Origin: Styela clava
Lineage: Eukaryota
Length of the DNA: 64,000 nucleotides
Assembly (NCBI RefSeq): GCF_964204865.1
Contig: NC_135259.1
Span: forward strand, 20,150,001-20,214,000
Reading direction: 5' to 3'
Shown here: positions 37,867 to 50,477 of the stretch, in pieces
How the letters are laid out: each line of letters begins with the position of its first letter
Position numbering within the stretch: position 1 is the first letter of the stretch
Made by a program: the position numbers and the translations under genes
The notes under the pieces: generated by a model
Seen by the model: only the letters and a program-made list of their open reading frames with translations
What the model was told of the DNA's origin: nothing
The model's database searches: none

Positions 37867-40800
37867 TAAGAAAATCGGAATAAAATTATGACATTACCCT
37901 AACCCTGGTACTCATACTACAGGATTACCTTATTTTATTTTGCCAGTATTAGGCATAAATGGTTTCCAACCTTTTATGGCTCGTGGCTTCTTCCTGGGGA
38001 TTTTAGCAATCGTGGCCTCTTGTTTGTCATTCCATTAGTATTTATAGTGTTATTTTGATTGCTAGATTTCAAATACCAATATTTTTAAATAATTCATGCA
38101 CAACGAAATGAAAACACCCTGTGAAATAACGTTATCAAGCAATGAAACTAGAGAAAACAGGGAGTTTTCTTGTAAAGTAAAACGTAAAATCAGTTTTGCA
38201 CTTAGCATTGTGGCTCCCTTAGGAGGCCACGAGTCCCGGTTGGAAACCGTTGATTTATACAATTCAGACAACTAAAAGAAGCTTCCTCCTGCCTTCACAT
38301 TCCATCGGGGTACAGCTATAGAGAATGCAAACCGATACAAATACCGATACCGAGAAATGGCCGATATTGTCGATACCGATACATCTCTAGTCTGAATACA
38401 TCAATACGATGAATTAAATGTTTTAAAAGCTGCAGGGTTTCCGGATTCAATTGTTTCTAGATAAATATGGAAAAAGTGAAATAATGGAAGGCATTTCCAT
38501 CACTTCTATCCATGGCACAGACTATAGAGCAGTATTTCCAATAGAGGGCCCATGGTCCCCCAAGTAATGGCCCTCTAGAGCAGTTGTAGAGGCCCCAATG
38601 GCGCAAAACTGACTTTACTCTTGACTTTACAAGAAAACAACCCGTTTTTCCTAGTTCAACTGCTTGATAAGGTTATTTTACAGAATGTTTCCAGTTTGTT
38701 AAGCAGGAATTGTTTGAACATAATGGGATTTGGTAGCTACCAATCAAAATAACACTATAAATACCACTGGAATGATAAACAGTGGGCAATGATGACTAAA
38801 AGGCTCAGAAAAGGGGCCACAACCTATAAAAGGTTATGAATCACTGCTATAGAGAATGCCAAGTACGCGTAAGACTTGTGCAATTTTGGGATTTGGAATC
38901 TACCATTCAGAATAACACTATAAATAACACTACATTGATAACAATTGGCATGAGTGCTCTCGGAAAGGGGCCCACGATCCATAAAAGGTTTTAAACCACT
39001 GCTAAAGAGAATGTAAGGTAAGCATAACGCTTGTTCAATGGCCTCCGCTATCGATATTGTATCAATGTTCGCAGTTAGTTATTTCCGATATTTCCTTTCA
39101 ATGAGTCAACAGTTTTCACATTCATCTCCTCTTTCGTGGCGTTACAATAATTTTACAATAGACGGAAACAATGACGTGCTAGGACTATAAATAATATCCA
39201 GTAAAATCAGTTACAAATAACGGGTATTAAATATAGTTTGAAGCAAGATTTATTAACCGTTGGTCAATTCTAACAATGCGAAATCACCAAGGGGTTCATA
39301 AAGCGATGGGGTGTTAGCATATATTGAATGATAACATGTAATAAATAAAGTAATATTTACTTTAAAATGCAGGTAAAATCAAAGTTTTTGGAATATTCTG
39401 GAATCCAAGATTGAAGGATATAACGCAAATACTGGTTTACAATCCAGTATAGTCTTCGTATACAGAGAGGGATGTGGAACAACGCATTATGCGGGTTGAA
39501 TATACTAGAGCGATAGTATACCTAAGGCAGGGGTTCTTAAACTTTCAGTATTATGGAGCCCGTGAAGAGATTGATTATTATTTACGGAACCCCAAGATAA
39601 ATTTAGAAAAATAAAAACAAAAAATGCCACTGGTACTTACCGATTAATGTTCATGAGTATATTTACACGATTATTAAAAATCAGGGGTTCTCAAACTTTT
39701 GGTGCTAGGAAGCCCGCGAAGAGGTTGACTATTATTTACGGAGAGAAAGGGGGACAATGTATTATGTATAGTTTCACATAGGGTGCCTGGGCCCTCAGCT
39801 CGCCTAATGGGCCACGACGCAGTTCTGCTGGGAATAACTATAGTTTCTGAAATTGGGAAGCTCCCACGGGCAGTTACGGAGCAGTCTCAGAGGCCTCAAG
39901 CACCGGCGATTTGCGATGACTATCTTAATATAAAGCAAATTGTTTGCTATTCATTCAATTTTTTGACTTTTGAGCATTTATTCATTTGCTTTCGTTTGTT
40001 TACTTTTTAAATATTGAAATGTGACGCGTCAAATAATCGATGGAAACTCGCGAAAAGCAAAGGTAGATGTTATCTATAGAACAGTGGTTCCAAGACCGCG
40101 GCCTGTGGGCCAATCACGGCCCTCGTAACGATTAAATACGGCACACCGAACTTAAATGAAATAGTTTAACACTTTATGTTTTTAGCTTTTTGTGTTTTAG
40201 ATACCGCCAATTGCTATGTCATTATCACAGTTTAAGCACGTGTATATTTACATCAACTAAATTCAATTGGTAACTTAATTAAGCGTATCGGCATCGGTCC
40301 TTGAGGGCGCTCTTTTCTTCCGGCCCGCAAATATCCTTCCGCTTCTAGTTTTGGTCACCGGTCAATCAACTTTGGGAACCACTGCATAGAAGACCATAAG
40401 TGTTGAAAGTCTTTCAATAGATTATGACGGATTGAGAACTGCTTGACAGAAATAACTTAATAACAGCGATGTTGATTTGTTATCACAGAACCGTAGTCGA
40501 AATTTTTGTTCTATCCGGAGTCAGGAGTCGGAACCGGAACTCTTTTTTGAAGCCCCAAGCCTCTAAGATGTTTTATTGGATTTCCGCTTTTTTAAAAAAG
40601 TTGAAAACTTCCGGATTTTGTGTATTTCCTTCAATTAAAACTTGATGACGATTATGTTAATTTGATATACCAGAGCCAGAGTCAATTTTTGTTCTATCCA
40701 GATTAAGAAATCAAAACCGAGAAGAATTATTTTGAGGCCCGGGTTTAATTTGAACTTTTCTCCTAGAGGGAGGCTTTGTGTTATTCCCTCCCATCTGTAT

Positions 40801-42149
40801 GTTATCCTAACGGTATCTCGAATGGGTGTTTCACGCAACCGCTGGTCGGTTACGGCTTTCCCCACCATCAAGTCCATGCTTCGGAAAACAAATAACTGGC
40901 TAACTAATTCCATACTCGACATGGACTGGTAACCGGACGAGAGGCCTTGGTTCGCCATTGGTTAAGCCGTCTTATCGGCTTTCCTCTCCCCGGGATAAAC
41001 ATGTAAATCCTCTCTCATCCTATAGACTATAGCCAAGTTTCGTTTAATTGTTATCTTCCTACTTCTCTTTAGCATTAATATATATATATATATAAATCTT
41101 CACGTGAATCTTTGGCCGCTTACAACTCTATTTCCACTTTTCACTATTTGTTGAAAACTCGGAATTTACTTCGAACTATACCTTATTCAAAAAATTTTCT
41201 TCATAAATGGCATCCAAACAAGAAAAACAAGAACGAAAGTCTGGGACTAAAAATAGGTATGAGAAGGAATTTTAGTAATTTATTTATTTTAATATATATG
41301 GTGTCCATGAAGTTTTGAAATATTTTTAAAATTTTAAGGTGAAATTATCAATATCAAATATTGTTTTGGCCCTTACAGATATATTAAATGAAGTAAAAAT
41401 ACTTGAACAATTACTGATTAAAAAACAACAAACCTGGTTAAGATATATTGGAAACTGACTTTATACCAAAATTGAAATTGTGAAGGGACTTTATGGACAA
41501 CCCGTATTTACCAAAGTTGAGCATTAATTTTGAAGTAGAATCCTAGTAATTGTAAGCTGTGACTCCAGTGAAAATTCAAAGTTACTTCGAAATCTGTGAT
41601 TTGAATAATCTTGCAAAAATAAGAGAGCGATACTCAAATATATGGTCACGAAGCTCAAAACGAAGTAATAAGAATCTTTACAGAAACGGTAATCTTCCTT
41701 TTTTTAAAATGTCCCGACTTCAATGTGCACGAAATCGCTATAATGTATTCGTGGAACCGCAATCATGATGTGCAATTTTTGTTACACCCGTAGTGTGTGT
41801 ACCAATTTTGGATTAAGCGATAATTTTATTCCGATTTTTGTTATTTTAGTTCTATTATGAGTTTGGGGACTGTCTGTGTCAGCCAAGTGAAAATACCCTC
41901 TGTCCATAGCTTTCAGTCCCTTTGGACAACTTGATGTAAAGTAAGCGAACAAAATTAGTTACCTCCATATTGGTACACACACTTCTGAAGCGCCCAATGT
42001 TTAGCTTTAGGGACGTCATCACGCAAACCTTTCATGTGAAAAACAAATTCCATAGATCATTTCCACCAACAACAACAATATTAACGATAAAAACCGATCA
42101 ATGGGTCCATTTTGTGCCCAATAACAGTTGAAAGAGCAGTAATGTACGC

Positions 42150-42302
42150 GTTGCAATAATTTTACAATAGGCGGAAACAATAACGCGCTAGTATTATAAA
42201 CAGTATACAGTAAAATCAGTTACAAATAACGGTTATTAAATTAAGTTTGAAGCGAGATTCATTTGCCGCTGGTGAATTATAACACTGTGAAAGCACTATA
42301 AG
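42150..42302 (+). promoter_or_regulatory. Candidate core promoter and non-coding first exon of TPR copy A (second copy at about 39140-39305)
   Basis: CGGAAAC (ETS-like), TATAAA at 42195 and TCAGTT Inr-like at 42216 are conserved in both copies. Possible donor ag|gtatat at 42302. TATA-Inr spacing is somewhat short. Confidence 0.35.
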
Positions 42303-42420
42303 GTATATAAGGCGTTAAGTCGGTAGAATATATTGCGGTCCGATTGCTGAATTCTCACCGCCATGAGTAAATGGAATGGAAAAATTGTGCGGCCCGCGAA
42401 ACGACTTTTGAATTTCGTTT

Positions 42421-42593
42421 AATCTGGTACATGCGAGTATTTCTAACCCTGGTCTTAATCTGGTACATGCGAGTATTTCTAACCCTGGTCTTAATCTGGT
42501 ACATGCGAGTATTTCTAACCCTGGTCTTAATCTGGTAAATGCGAGTATTTCTAACCCTGGTCTTAATCTGGTTAGTGCGAGTATTTCTAACCT
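42421..42593. repeat. 36-bp tandem repeat x about 4.8, inside a degenerate hAT-type MITE
   Basis: aatctggtacatgcgagtatttctaaccctggtctt, head-to-tail with no spacers. Confidence 0.95.
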
Positions 42594-42885
42594 GTTTGTA
42601 TTGCAAAGCCTATGCTTGAGTAAATATTTCAAACAACCCATGTCAAAAGATCAATCAAATCTGTCTACAACTACTAGTAATCCCATGTTAAATAAAAATG
42701 CTACACACGGTCCCACCCAGTTATTTGTATCTGATCCTTCTAAATTAGAAGTTACACACTCCTGATATAAACTATCGAATTTGAATGAAAAGTAGCGGAA
42801 CCTTTAGACTGTATTTTCAGAATCATTGCGTACAGCGGAATCCCGAGTAAAAACCATTCTTATAATGTAATACTTTTGATTCAAG

Positions 42886-45800
42886 GTCCACACCATATTC
42901 GGAGTATGAAGACCCAAGTCAGTTGAAAGGCGAAGCAAGTAATTCTAAACCAGACGATCAGAACAGACAGGCCCAGTATGTACCAGGTATGTGAACGTAA
43001 ACAAAATGTAATGCGGAGGTTCCCCGAAACTTATGGGATGGGCTTTTCCAATCAAATATTCGAATCGAATAATAATCTATTCGAATCTACTAACACTAAA
43101 ATTTCGAATCGTCGCCATCTTGTTTTATTTTGTCCACCAAAGGACGAGGTGAATTTTTGGTACACCTGAAGTATGTTTATCAAGATGGCGGATGTGTACC
43201 AGGCTAGGGTTAGGCCATAATTTTGTTCCAATTTTCCTTATTTTAGTTTTATTACTAGTTCGGGGACTACCCAAGTGACTCCCGTAGTATTTGTACCTAA
43301 AATTATGGGCTAACCTTAACCTGAAATACATACTACGTTCCGTTGTCCGCCATCTTGGTACGCATACCTTAGGAATACCGAACTTTTTCATTGCAGCTAT
43401 ATTTTCAAAATATTATCTGGTATATGTTCCAGTGAGTTATTGATAAAGTAATGTTTTTTACTGTGTGTAACAACTAAGCGAACTGTCTCATTGATGGATT
43501 ATATGCAGTAAAATTATTAAAACGAATAACAGGTCAAATTTCTGTCCCAAACCAAACTTGTTTCTAATCTATATTACAATTCTGTACATTCATTTTAAAC
43601 AAGGATATTGAAATAAAAAATTTTCCATTTAGAAAAAAGAAGTGATTACGAAGACAGAGATTTCAGTACACATAACATTGCGCAGCTTACTTCGTACGAA
43701 GACTTTTCTCCTGATGGAAGAACTACAAGCTCAGAAGGTAAAAGTAGAAATGCAGACTCGAATCAACTCCATGTCATTCGATTATCCGACGCCATATTGA
43801 AAAATTCATTTTAACCCTTTACCAGATACGATTCTCTCAAAAAAATTGACTCCGGCTCTACCTCAAAACTATTGAATAAAAATTTTTCTCAATGCCGCTG
43901 GCTGAATTCCGATTCCGGATTCACAATCCGGTTAATAAAATTGACTCCGGATTTATGCTTCCATCAAAATTACTAAATTTACATTTCACACTTGACTCCG
44001 GGTCCTGAATCTTTTCGAAAAATGACTCCATCTCACTAGATCGGTGATTTTCAACCTGGGTTCCGCGGGATTGCCGACACGTTCAATCCGATTCCGAGTG
44101 GGAACTCCGGTAAACAAAATTGACTCCGGATATATTTCTTCAATTAGATTAGCCATATTTGAGCTCTTTATATTTAGCGCCGGATTCGTAATCCCTATCT
44201 AAAAAGTGACTCCACCTCTCTAGATCAGTGGATTTTGCGACACTCTTGGGTTCCGCCAGTAGAGTCAAGGAATTCCGGAAGTTTTCACTTAGATCTGAGA
44301 GTCTATATTAACATGTGTATATTGTTTTAATATATTCAAATATATATTAGAGTTGCCATTATTATTAAGTTTACTACAGTCCAAAGATCATTTAGTTTTG
44401 CCAGTATTAGGTTTGTTTTTGTATATAATCATAGTTTATACATTTCAACCAAATTAAAACAAAAATAAACTATAGCACATGGGTTCCTAGCGCCTAAAAA
44501 ATGTTTTGTTGGGGTCTGCTCCATCGGAAAGGTTTGAATAACCACAGATATTGAAATGAATTATATTACATTTAGATAAAAGAAGCGATTACGAAGACAG
44601 AAATTTCAGTACAATTAACATTGCGCAGCTTACTTCGTACGAAGACTTCTCTCCTGATAGAAGAACCACAAGCTCGGAAGGTAAAAGTAAAAATGCAGAA
44701 TCGATTCGAATCCATGTTATTCGAGTATCCATGTTATTCGAGGCCGGATTTGACTCACTCAAAAAATTGACTTTGGCTTTACCTCACGATTTTATAACAC
44801 CAGCCTTTCTCAATTACGCAATATGGAATCCAATTTCGGATTTCAATTCCGTTCAAAAATAGACTCTGAATTGATTTGATCCGCTAAATTGATTAAAGTT
44901 GGCACCAGATCCGGAATTACAGTCAAAAAATGACTCCATCTCTCTAGATCAGTAGTTTTTCAAAATCGGTTCCGCGGCACCCTTGGTGTTGCGCCAATGC
45001 AGTACGGGGTCTCGCAATTTTTCTTTTAAATCCGAAAGTTGATATTAATATATTTATATATATGTTGTTTTAATATAATCGAATACCTATTAGGGTTGCC
45101 TATAACACCAACCTTTATTAATGAAACTATCTGGAATCAGATTCCGGATTCAAACTTCGGTCCAAAAATTGACTCCGCTTCACAACTAAAATATTATGAA
45201 TTTCTCAATGACGCAACCTCGAATCTTATTCCGGATCCAAACTTCAGTTTATTAAATTGAATCCGGATTTATGCTTCTATCAGATTGATTCAATTTAAAC
45301 TATGCACAGCTGGCTCTGGATCCGGAATTTCAGTCAAATGATGACACTATCTTTTTGGATCGGTGACTCACAGCCACGAGGTTGCCGACGCGTTCCATCT
45401 GATTCCGAGTCGAAACTCCCGGATATAATTCTTCATTTAGATTAGCCATATTTGAACTCCATGAATTTAACTCTGGATCCGGAATCCCAGTCCGAAAAGT
45501 GACTCCACCCCCCTGATCAGTGGTTTCCAAACTGGGTTCCGCGACACCCTAGGATTCGGCCACAGTACGGTATGGTGGTTACGCAAATTACCATTTGATT
45601 CTGCTCCAACAAAAAGATTGAAATCCTTTTTGTACACAGATATTGAAATGAATTATTTTACATTTAGAAAAAAGAAATGATTACGAAGACAGAGATTGCA
45701 GTACAATCAACATTGCGCAGCTTACTTCGTACGAAGACCCTTCTCCTGATAGAAGGACCACAAGCTCAGAAGGTAAAAGTAGGAATGCAGACTCGATTCG

Positions 45801-47780
45801 ACTTGATGTCATTCGATTATCCGATTCCCGACTACATATCGAAAAAATGCTATCCCAATGCCGGATACAATTCACATAAAAATGGACTTCCGCACTACCT
45901 CCGGCACTATTCTCTATGCCGCTATCTAGAGATCCAACTCGGATTCAAATTCTGGTCAAAAATTGACTCCATGTCATTCGGGTATCCGGATTCCATTCAC
46001 TTGAAAAAAAATTTACTCCGGCTCTACCTCACAACTATAGAATGACAATCTTCTTCAATGCCGCCAGCTAAAATTCGATTCCGGATTCAAACACCGGTGC
46101 AAAAAATGGACTCCGGATTTATTTTCCATTAGCCATATTTGAACTCTTTATATTTAACGTCGGATCTGGAATTCCATTAAAAAAATGACTCCACCTCTCT
46201 AGATCATTGGTTTTCAAACTGGGTTCCGCGACACTCTAGGGTTCGGCCATAGTGCGGTAAGGGCGTTATGCATATTTTTAGTTGATTCTGCCCCACCAAA
46301 AAGGTTGAATTATACACAGATATTGAAATAAATCATCTTACATTCAGACAAAAGAAGCGATTACGAATACATAGATTGCAGTACAATTAACATTGCGCAG
46401 CTTACTTCGTACGAAGACTTCTCTACTGATAGAAGCTCAAAAGGTAAAAGTAGGAATGCAGACTCGATTCGACTTCATGTCATTCGGTTATCCGACTCCC
46501 GACTCCATATTGGAAATATTCTAACCTTTTGTCCGAATATCATTCACTTTGAAAATAATTGACTCCGGCTCCACCTCAAGATTTCATAACACCAATATTT
46601 CTGAAGGCCGCTAGCTGGAATCCGACTCCGGATTCGAACTTCGGTTAAAAAAAATTGACTTCGGATATATTTTCCATTAAATTAACAATATTTAAACTCT
46701 TTATATTTAACTCCGGCTCCGATTCTTGGTTGAAATTGACTCCGTCTCTGGAAATATTTATAAATAATAAAATTTTTGCAAATTTCATTCTGATCTGAAA
46801 AAAAGTTTTTACTCCAACTCCTAGAGATTTTAAAATGCCACTCCGATCACGACTCGATGTACAAAAATGTTTGTAGAAAGCGTTGTCTCGAGATATAATT
46901 AAGTTCAAGGTAAATCTGTCATAGAAATTACTAATCGTACGATGTATGTATTACAGAAAGGCTATTATTATTAACCACATTGACAGTCGATACAGTCAAA
47001 CTCACACGGGCTTTATTTTTTATTTCAGATTTTCGTGAAATCGTTATTAAAATATTATTCGAGCGGATGACAATGATAGAAAAGACAGTGGAAACTCTGA
47101 AAAATCGTCAGGATGTATTAGAAGGATTGTGAGTAGCCATTTTGTAATTTTAACAACCTACCAGCATTTAGAACAGTGGTTCTCAAACTTTTTAAGCCTC
47201 GTCTTGCGCCCTACCTTAAAAATCAGGCGAGAGTGTGTTTTATCAAAAAAAAAAAAAAACGTTGAAAATAACTGGACGGAACGTAAATATTAAAATAAAT
47301 AAAATGTACATATACAAAAAAAATCTACCATTTATTTTTATTTTTAATAACTTTACGCCCCCTCAAAAATGCCTCATTGTGGGGCGCGCTCAACCGTTTT
47401 AGAATCATCAGATTGTTGCTTATGAATTAAAAAACAATTGAAATTTTGTAAAAGAACTAATTAACTTGACGCCAGGTTCCTCCCCAAGATAATTAACAAA
47501 TACCTAAAGCGTTTGTGAAACTTACAATACTTCTAATAGAAAAACTTTGCGAGAATATTTGGTTTTATTATAATATTTGGCACAATAAATCCCCAAGTTT
47601 GACTTCGGCTCCGTTTTTTTTATAAATATGACTCCGGAATCGACTCTAATTATAAAACTCCGAACACCCCGCATCTACCAATTGCAAATATTGCACTACC
47701 AGCACTACTTGTACAACTTGGCGTCGGAGGGTGAAAATTTCCCAAGCCGTGCTGATGAATTGAGGAACTTAGCATTGGTT

Positions 47781-47817
<37 letters not shown>

Positions 47818-50133
47818 GCGAGTGTAGCGATAGGCTGTGGTTCGCCATATAATTGAACTTTCCGAGCAACTTTTCAATCTTTGCGTTACATATACTATTT
47901 TAAATCTTTAGAAACTCAGAAGCAAAGACCTCCAAGCCCAAGAAAGAAAAGTCAAAAGTAAAAGGTGAATGGGTTCTGATCTTTAACTTATTACCTTTGA
48001 ACCTTGAGTGATATTTTTCGATAAACTCAGCACGATGACGTGTCCCTCAAATATAGTTTTTGTTGAAAGCAGTTTCTGTAGAGCAGGGGTTCCCAAACTG
48101 GGGTCCGCCACGATGTGAAAAGACTCTAATCTTAAATGGTTGATTTTAAACAAAAAGCCACTGCATTTTTTTGGTTGATCGTGACAGAAGAATATCCATT
48201 GCTATCAGAAAATGCTATTAAAATGGTTAGACACAGAAATTGAGACGGCATCGTATGTTGTTCCGTCAAAAATAAAATTCAAAAACAAGGGTGCGAAGCT
48301 CAAAAAGTTTGGGAAACCCTGCTGCTGTAACCCAATTTCCTCCATTCGTCTATTCTTGGACTTTTTATTCCGCCTTCAGTAAGCATGAATAGTGCTTTAT
48401 TAATGTAATCTTTAATGGATCCTTAGCCAGTGTTATGCGCAAGCCACAATTCCGCTTTTGTATAGTTCAAGTAGTTTATAATGTGTAATTAAGTAAAAAT
48501 TACAGTGATATGAAGAATTATTATTAATAATAGAGAGAATCCAAAGCAAAATCGCTCCGAAGAACGACAAAATATCTCTTTGGGAAAGACTTGCTCCCCG
48601 GTTGAGATAAACGGTTCAAATGAGATTTGATTGTTTTAGTTTCAAACACGATTCGAAACTAAAAACCACTAATAAGTATAAAATATGGGTTTGAACGTGA
48701 GAAGTCGAACCTCAACGCCAACAACGACTTTAGTAATAAACCTTCGTCGCTCCAGAAGTATGTGTACCAATATGGAGGTAACTAATTTTGTTTGCCTACT
48801 TTACATCAAGCTGTGTAAAGGGACTGAAACCTATGGACAGGGGGTATATTCACTTGGCTAACACAGACAGTCCACAGACATTTACCTCAATGGGTCAATA
48901 GACTTTTGGATAAATAGACTTGTAACAATGCCAACGGCGCCCATGTAGTATGCAAACCAAGATGGCGGTCACCGGAACGTAGATGTGTACCAGGTTAGGG
49001 TTAGGCCATAATTTCAGGTTTAAGTACTGCGGAAGTCACCTCGCTAGTCCACGAACTCGAGATATAAATAAAACAAGGAAAATTGGATTGAAATTATGGC
49101 CTAACCCTTACCTGGTACACATACTACGTTCCGGTGTCCGCCATCTTAGTTCACATACTACGAGAGCGCCATTGTAACTATATTCGTGACAATTCAACTC
49201 TACGTACCGGTATCGGCATTGCGGGATCTCCGCTTTCCCGCCGCGAATATCCTTCCGCTTCGAATTGTGGCCCCTACTCAATCAACTTTGGAAACTACCG
49301 CCCTAAACGAATTGAAATTCATTCCTAAACGACAAACTTTCGTTATAGGTACACCAATACCAGACGCTATAAAACCAATCAAAAGGCAAAAACGTACTTT
49401 GCAATCGTTACTGGATGAGCTTCACAACTCTTACATGGCAGGAAGAAAATCAAAAGCAAATTTTTGTTTGAGCGAGATCAAGAAATTGATGACGTCATCA
49501 AATAGACCCAAAGCAACCGAGGTAAAAAAAATGGCCGAAAAATACATTGATAACCCATCCTATATCAAAGCTGCTATTCTGCTTTCTTGGGCGGCTGAGC
49601 TGCATGTTACGGACTCCGACCCTGATGAGGCTGCACTTGCAATCGCCGATTGCGCTCACATTTATGTTCAAGTCATCGGACATATGATTGATCTCAAAGG
49701 AAAAATGCACACAATAGCCAAAGACTTTGGTGTGGATATCATTCTAAAAATGCTTGGAAATCTACGAGGCATCACATCAGCCGATGTTATGTTTAAATAT
49801 GAAACTCGTACTTTAAGTAACGTAGGTACGTGCCATAATAGGTTAGGTCACAACTCAGATGCGATCAAGTTTTATCGCCAGGGAATGGATTTGTTTGAGA
49901 GAAAATACGAAAGCAAAGCAATGGAGCTTTATGATTATGGTACACTACTACACAACACAGGAGTGGCTCATTCGCATTTAGGAAATAACGCCGAAGCTGA
50001 AAAATACTACCTGGATGCCCTCAAATCATACAAAGCTTCAACAGACTGGAAATACAAGGGCCAGAAAAAGGATTTAATAACAAACACTGAAGAAAAGTTA
50101 AAACGCTTACGCCTGGAGTTTAAAAATGAATGA
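42886..50133 (+). CDS. TPR-like helical-repeat protein, copy A, with N-terminal tandem Tyr-motif exons and a short coiled-coil-like segment (start codon unresolved)
   Basis: Exons 42886-42986, 43633-43737, 44576-44680, 45668-45772, 46348-46443, 47029-47128, 47912-47964, 49349-50133 are AG/GT-bounded and join in one frame (about 482 aa). The last exon has TPR consensus segments TLSNVGTCHNRLGHNSDAIKFYRQGM and TLLHNTGVAHSHLGNNAEAEKYYLDAL. The minimal version from ATG 47067 is 299 aa. Confidence 0.75.
43633..43737 (+). CDS. Repeat exon 1 (KRSDYEDRDFSTHNIAQLTSYEDFSPDGRTTSSE)
   Basis: catttag|...|gtaaaa, 105 nt, phase 1-1. Confidence 0.7.
44576..44680 (+). CDS. Repeat exon 2 (DKRSDYEDRNFSTINIAQLTSYEDFSPDRRTTSSE)
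   Basis: catttag|...|gtaaaa, 105 nt, phase 1-1. Confidence 0.7.
45668..45772 (+). CDS. Repeat exon 3 (KRNDYEDRDCSTINIAQLTSYEDPSPDRRTTSSE)
   Basis: catttag|...|gtaaaa, 105 nt, phase 1-1. Confidence 0.7.
46348..46443 (+). CDS. Repeat exon 4 (DKRSDYEYIDCSTINIAQLTSYEDFSTDRSSK)
   Basis: cattcag|...|gtaaaa, 96 nt (in-frame 9-nt deletion), phase 1-1. Confidence 0.7.
49349..50133 (+). CDS. Terminal TPR exon of copy A
   Basis: Long ORF with acceptor ttcgttatag|GT, about 82% amino-acid identity to the paralog at 61458-62248. Confidence 0.9.
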
Positions 50134-50477
50134 GCTTTATAACAATACCGGCTATGACCGTAATCCAAATTAGACAAGTTATACTCAAGCATAGTGATCT
50201 TTTTATTTAGTCTTCAGGATTAGTTATTTTTATATACTTTTTTGAAACTCTTATTATTTTCGTGGAAATTTCTCCCTGTTGTGACCCTATGATCTTAATG
50301 ATCTAATCTGGAAAATTCTTCTTTCAAGGATGACTGATTGTTTTTGACATATCATCAATGTTTAAAAACAATCCATATAATTCATCACACATCTCGTTAG
50401 ATATCATTTACTACATGCAGAGCCCCGTTTCGAGTGAGCGCTACAAATGTTGCTTAGACGTTATTTTTCTCATTTGC

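Larger units (their letters stand above)
43600..46760 (+). repeat. Four tandem exon+intron units of about 0.7-1.1 kb
   Basis: gatattgaaat...cattgcgcagcttacttcgtacgaagac...gtaaaagt recurs four times. The introns are rich in gactccgg/ccggattc motifs. Confidence 0.9.

Noticed and set aside
42421-42593. 36-bp repeats resembling a CRISPR array
   Set aside because: Head-to-tail with no spacers, no cas genes, eukaryotic context.
42640-42885. Definite start codon for TPR copy A (ATG 42640 or 42785)
   Set aside because: ATG 42640 is MITE-derived and needs a weak donor; ATG 42785 needs a 39-nt intron to skip two TAA codons. Neither is supportable without cDNA.
45677-46045. ORF MITKTEIAVQSTLRSLL.. as the product of the repeat exons
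   Set aside because: This alternative frame hits TAG in repeat 4 and TGA in exon 47029-47128, so it cannot reach the TPR exon.
43633-46443. Calling the paired tyrosines an ITAM
   Set aside because: There are 15 residues between the Tyr pair and the +3 residues are mostly R/F/P, not YxxL/I-x6-8-YxxL/I.
49186-49348. N-terminal part of the 315-aa ORF in the track
   Set aside because: Starts at a non-ATG codon in intronic repeat sequence; a conserved acceptor at 49348 matches copy B, where this frame is not maintained.
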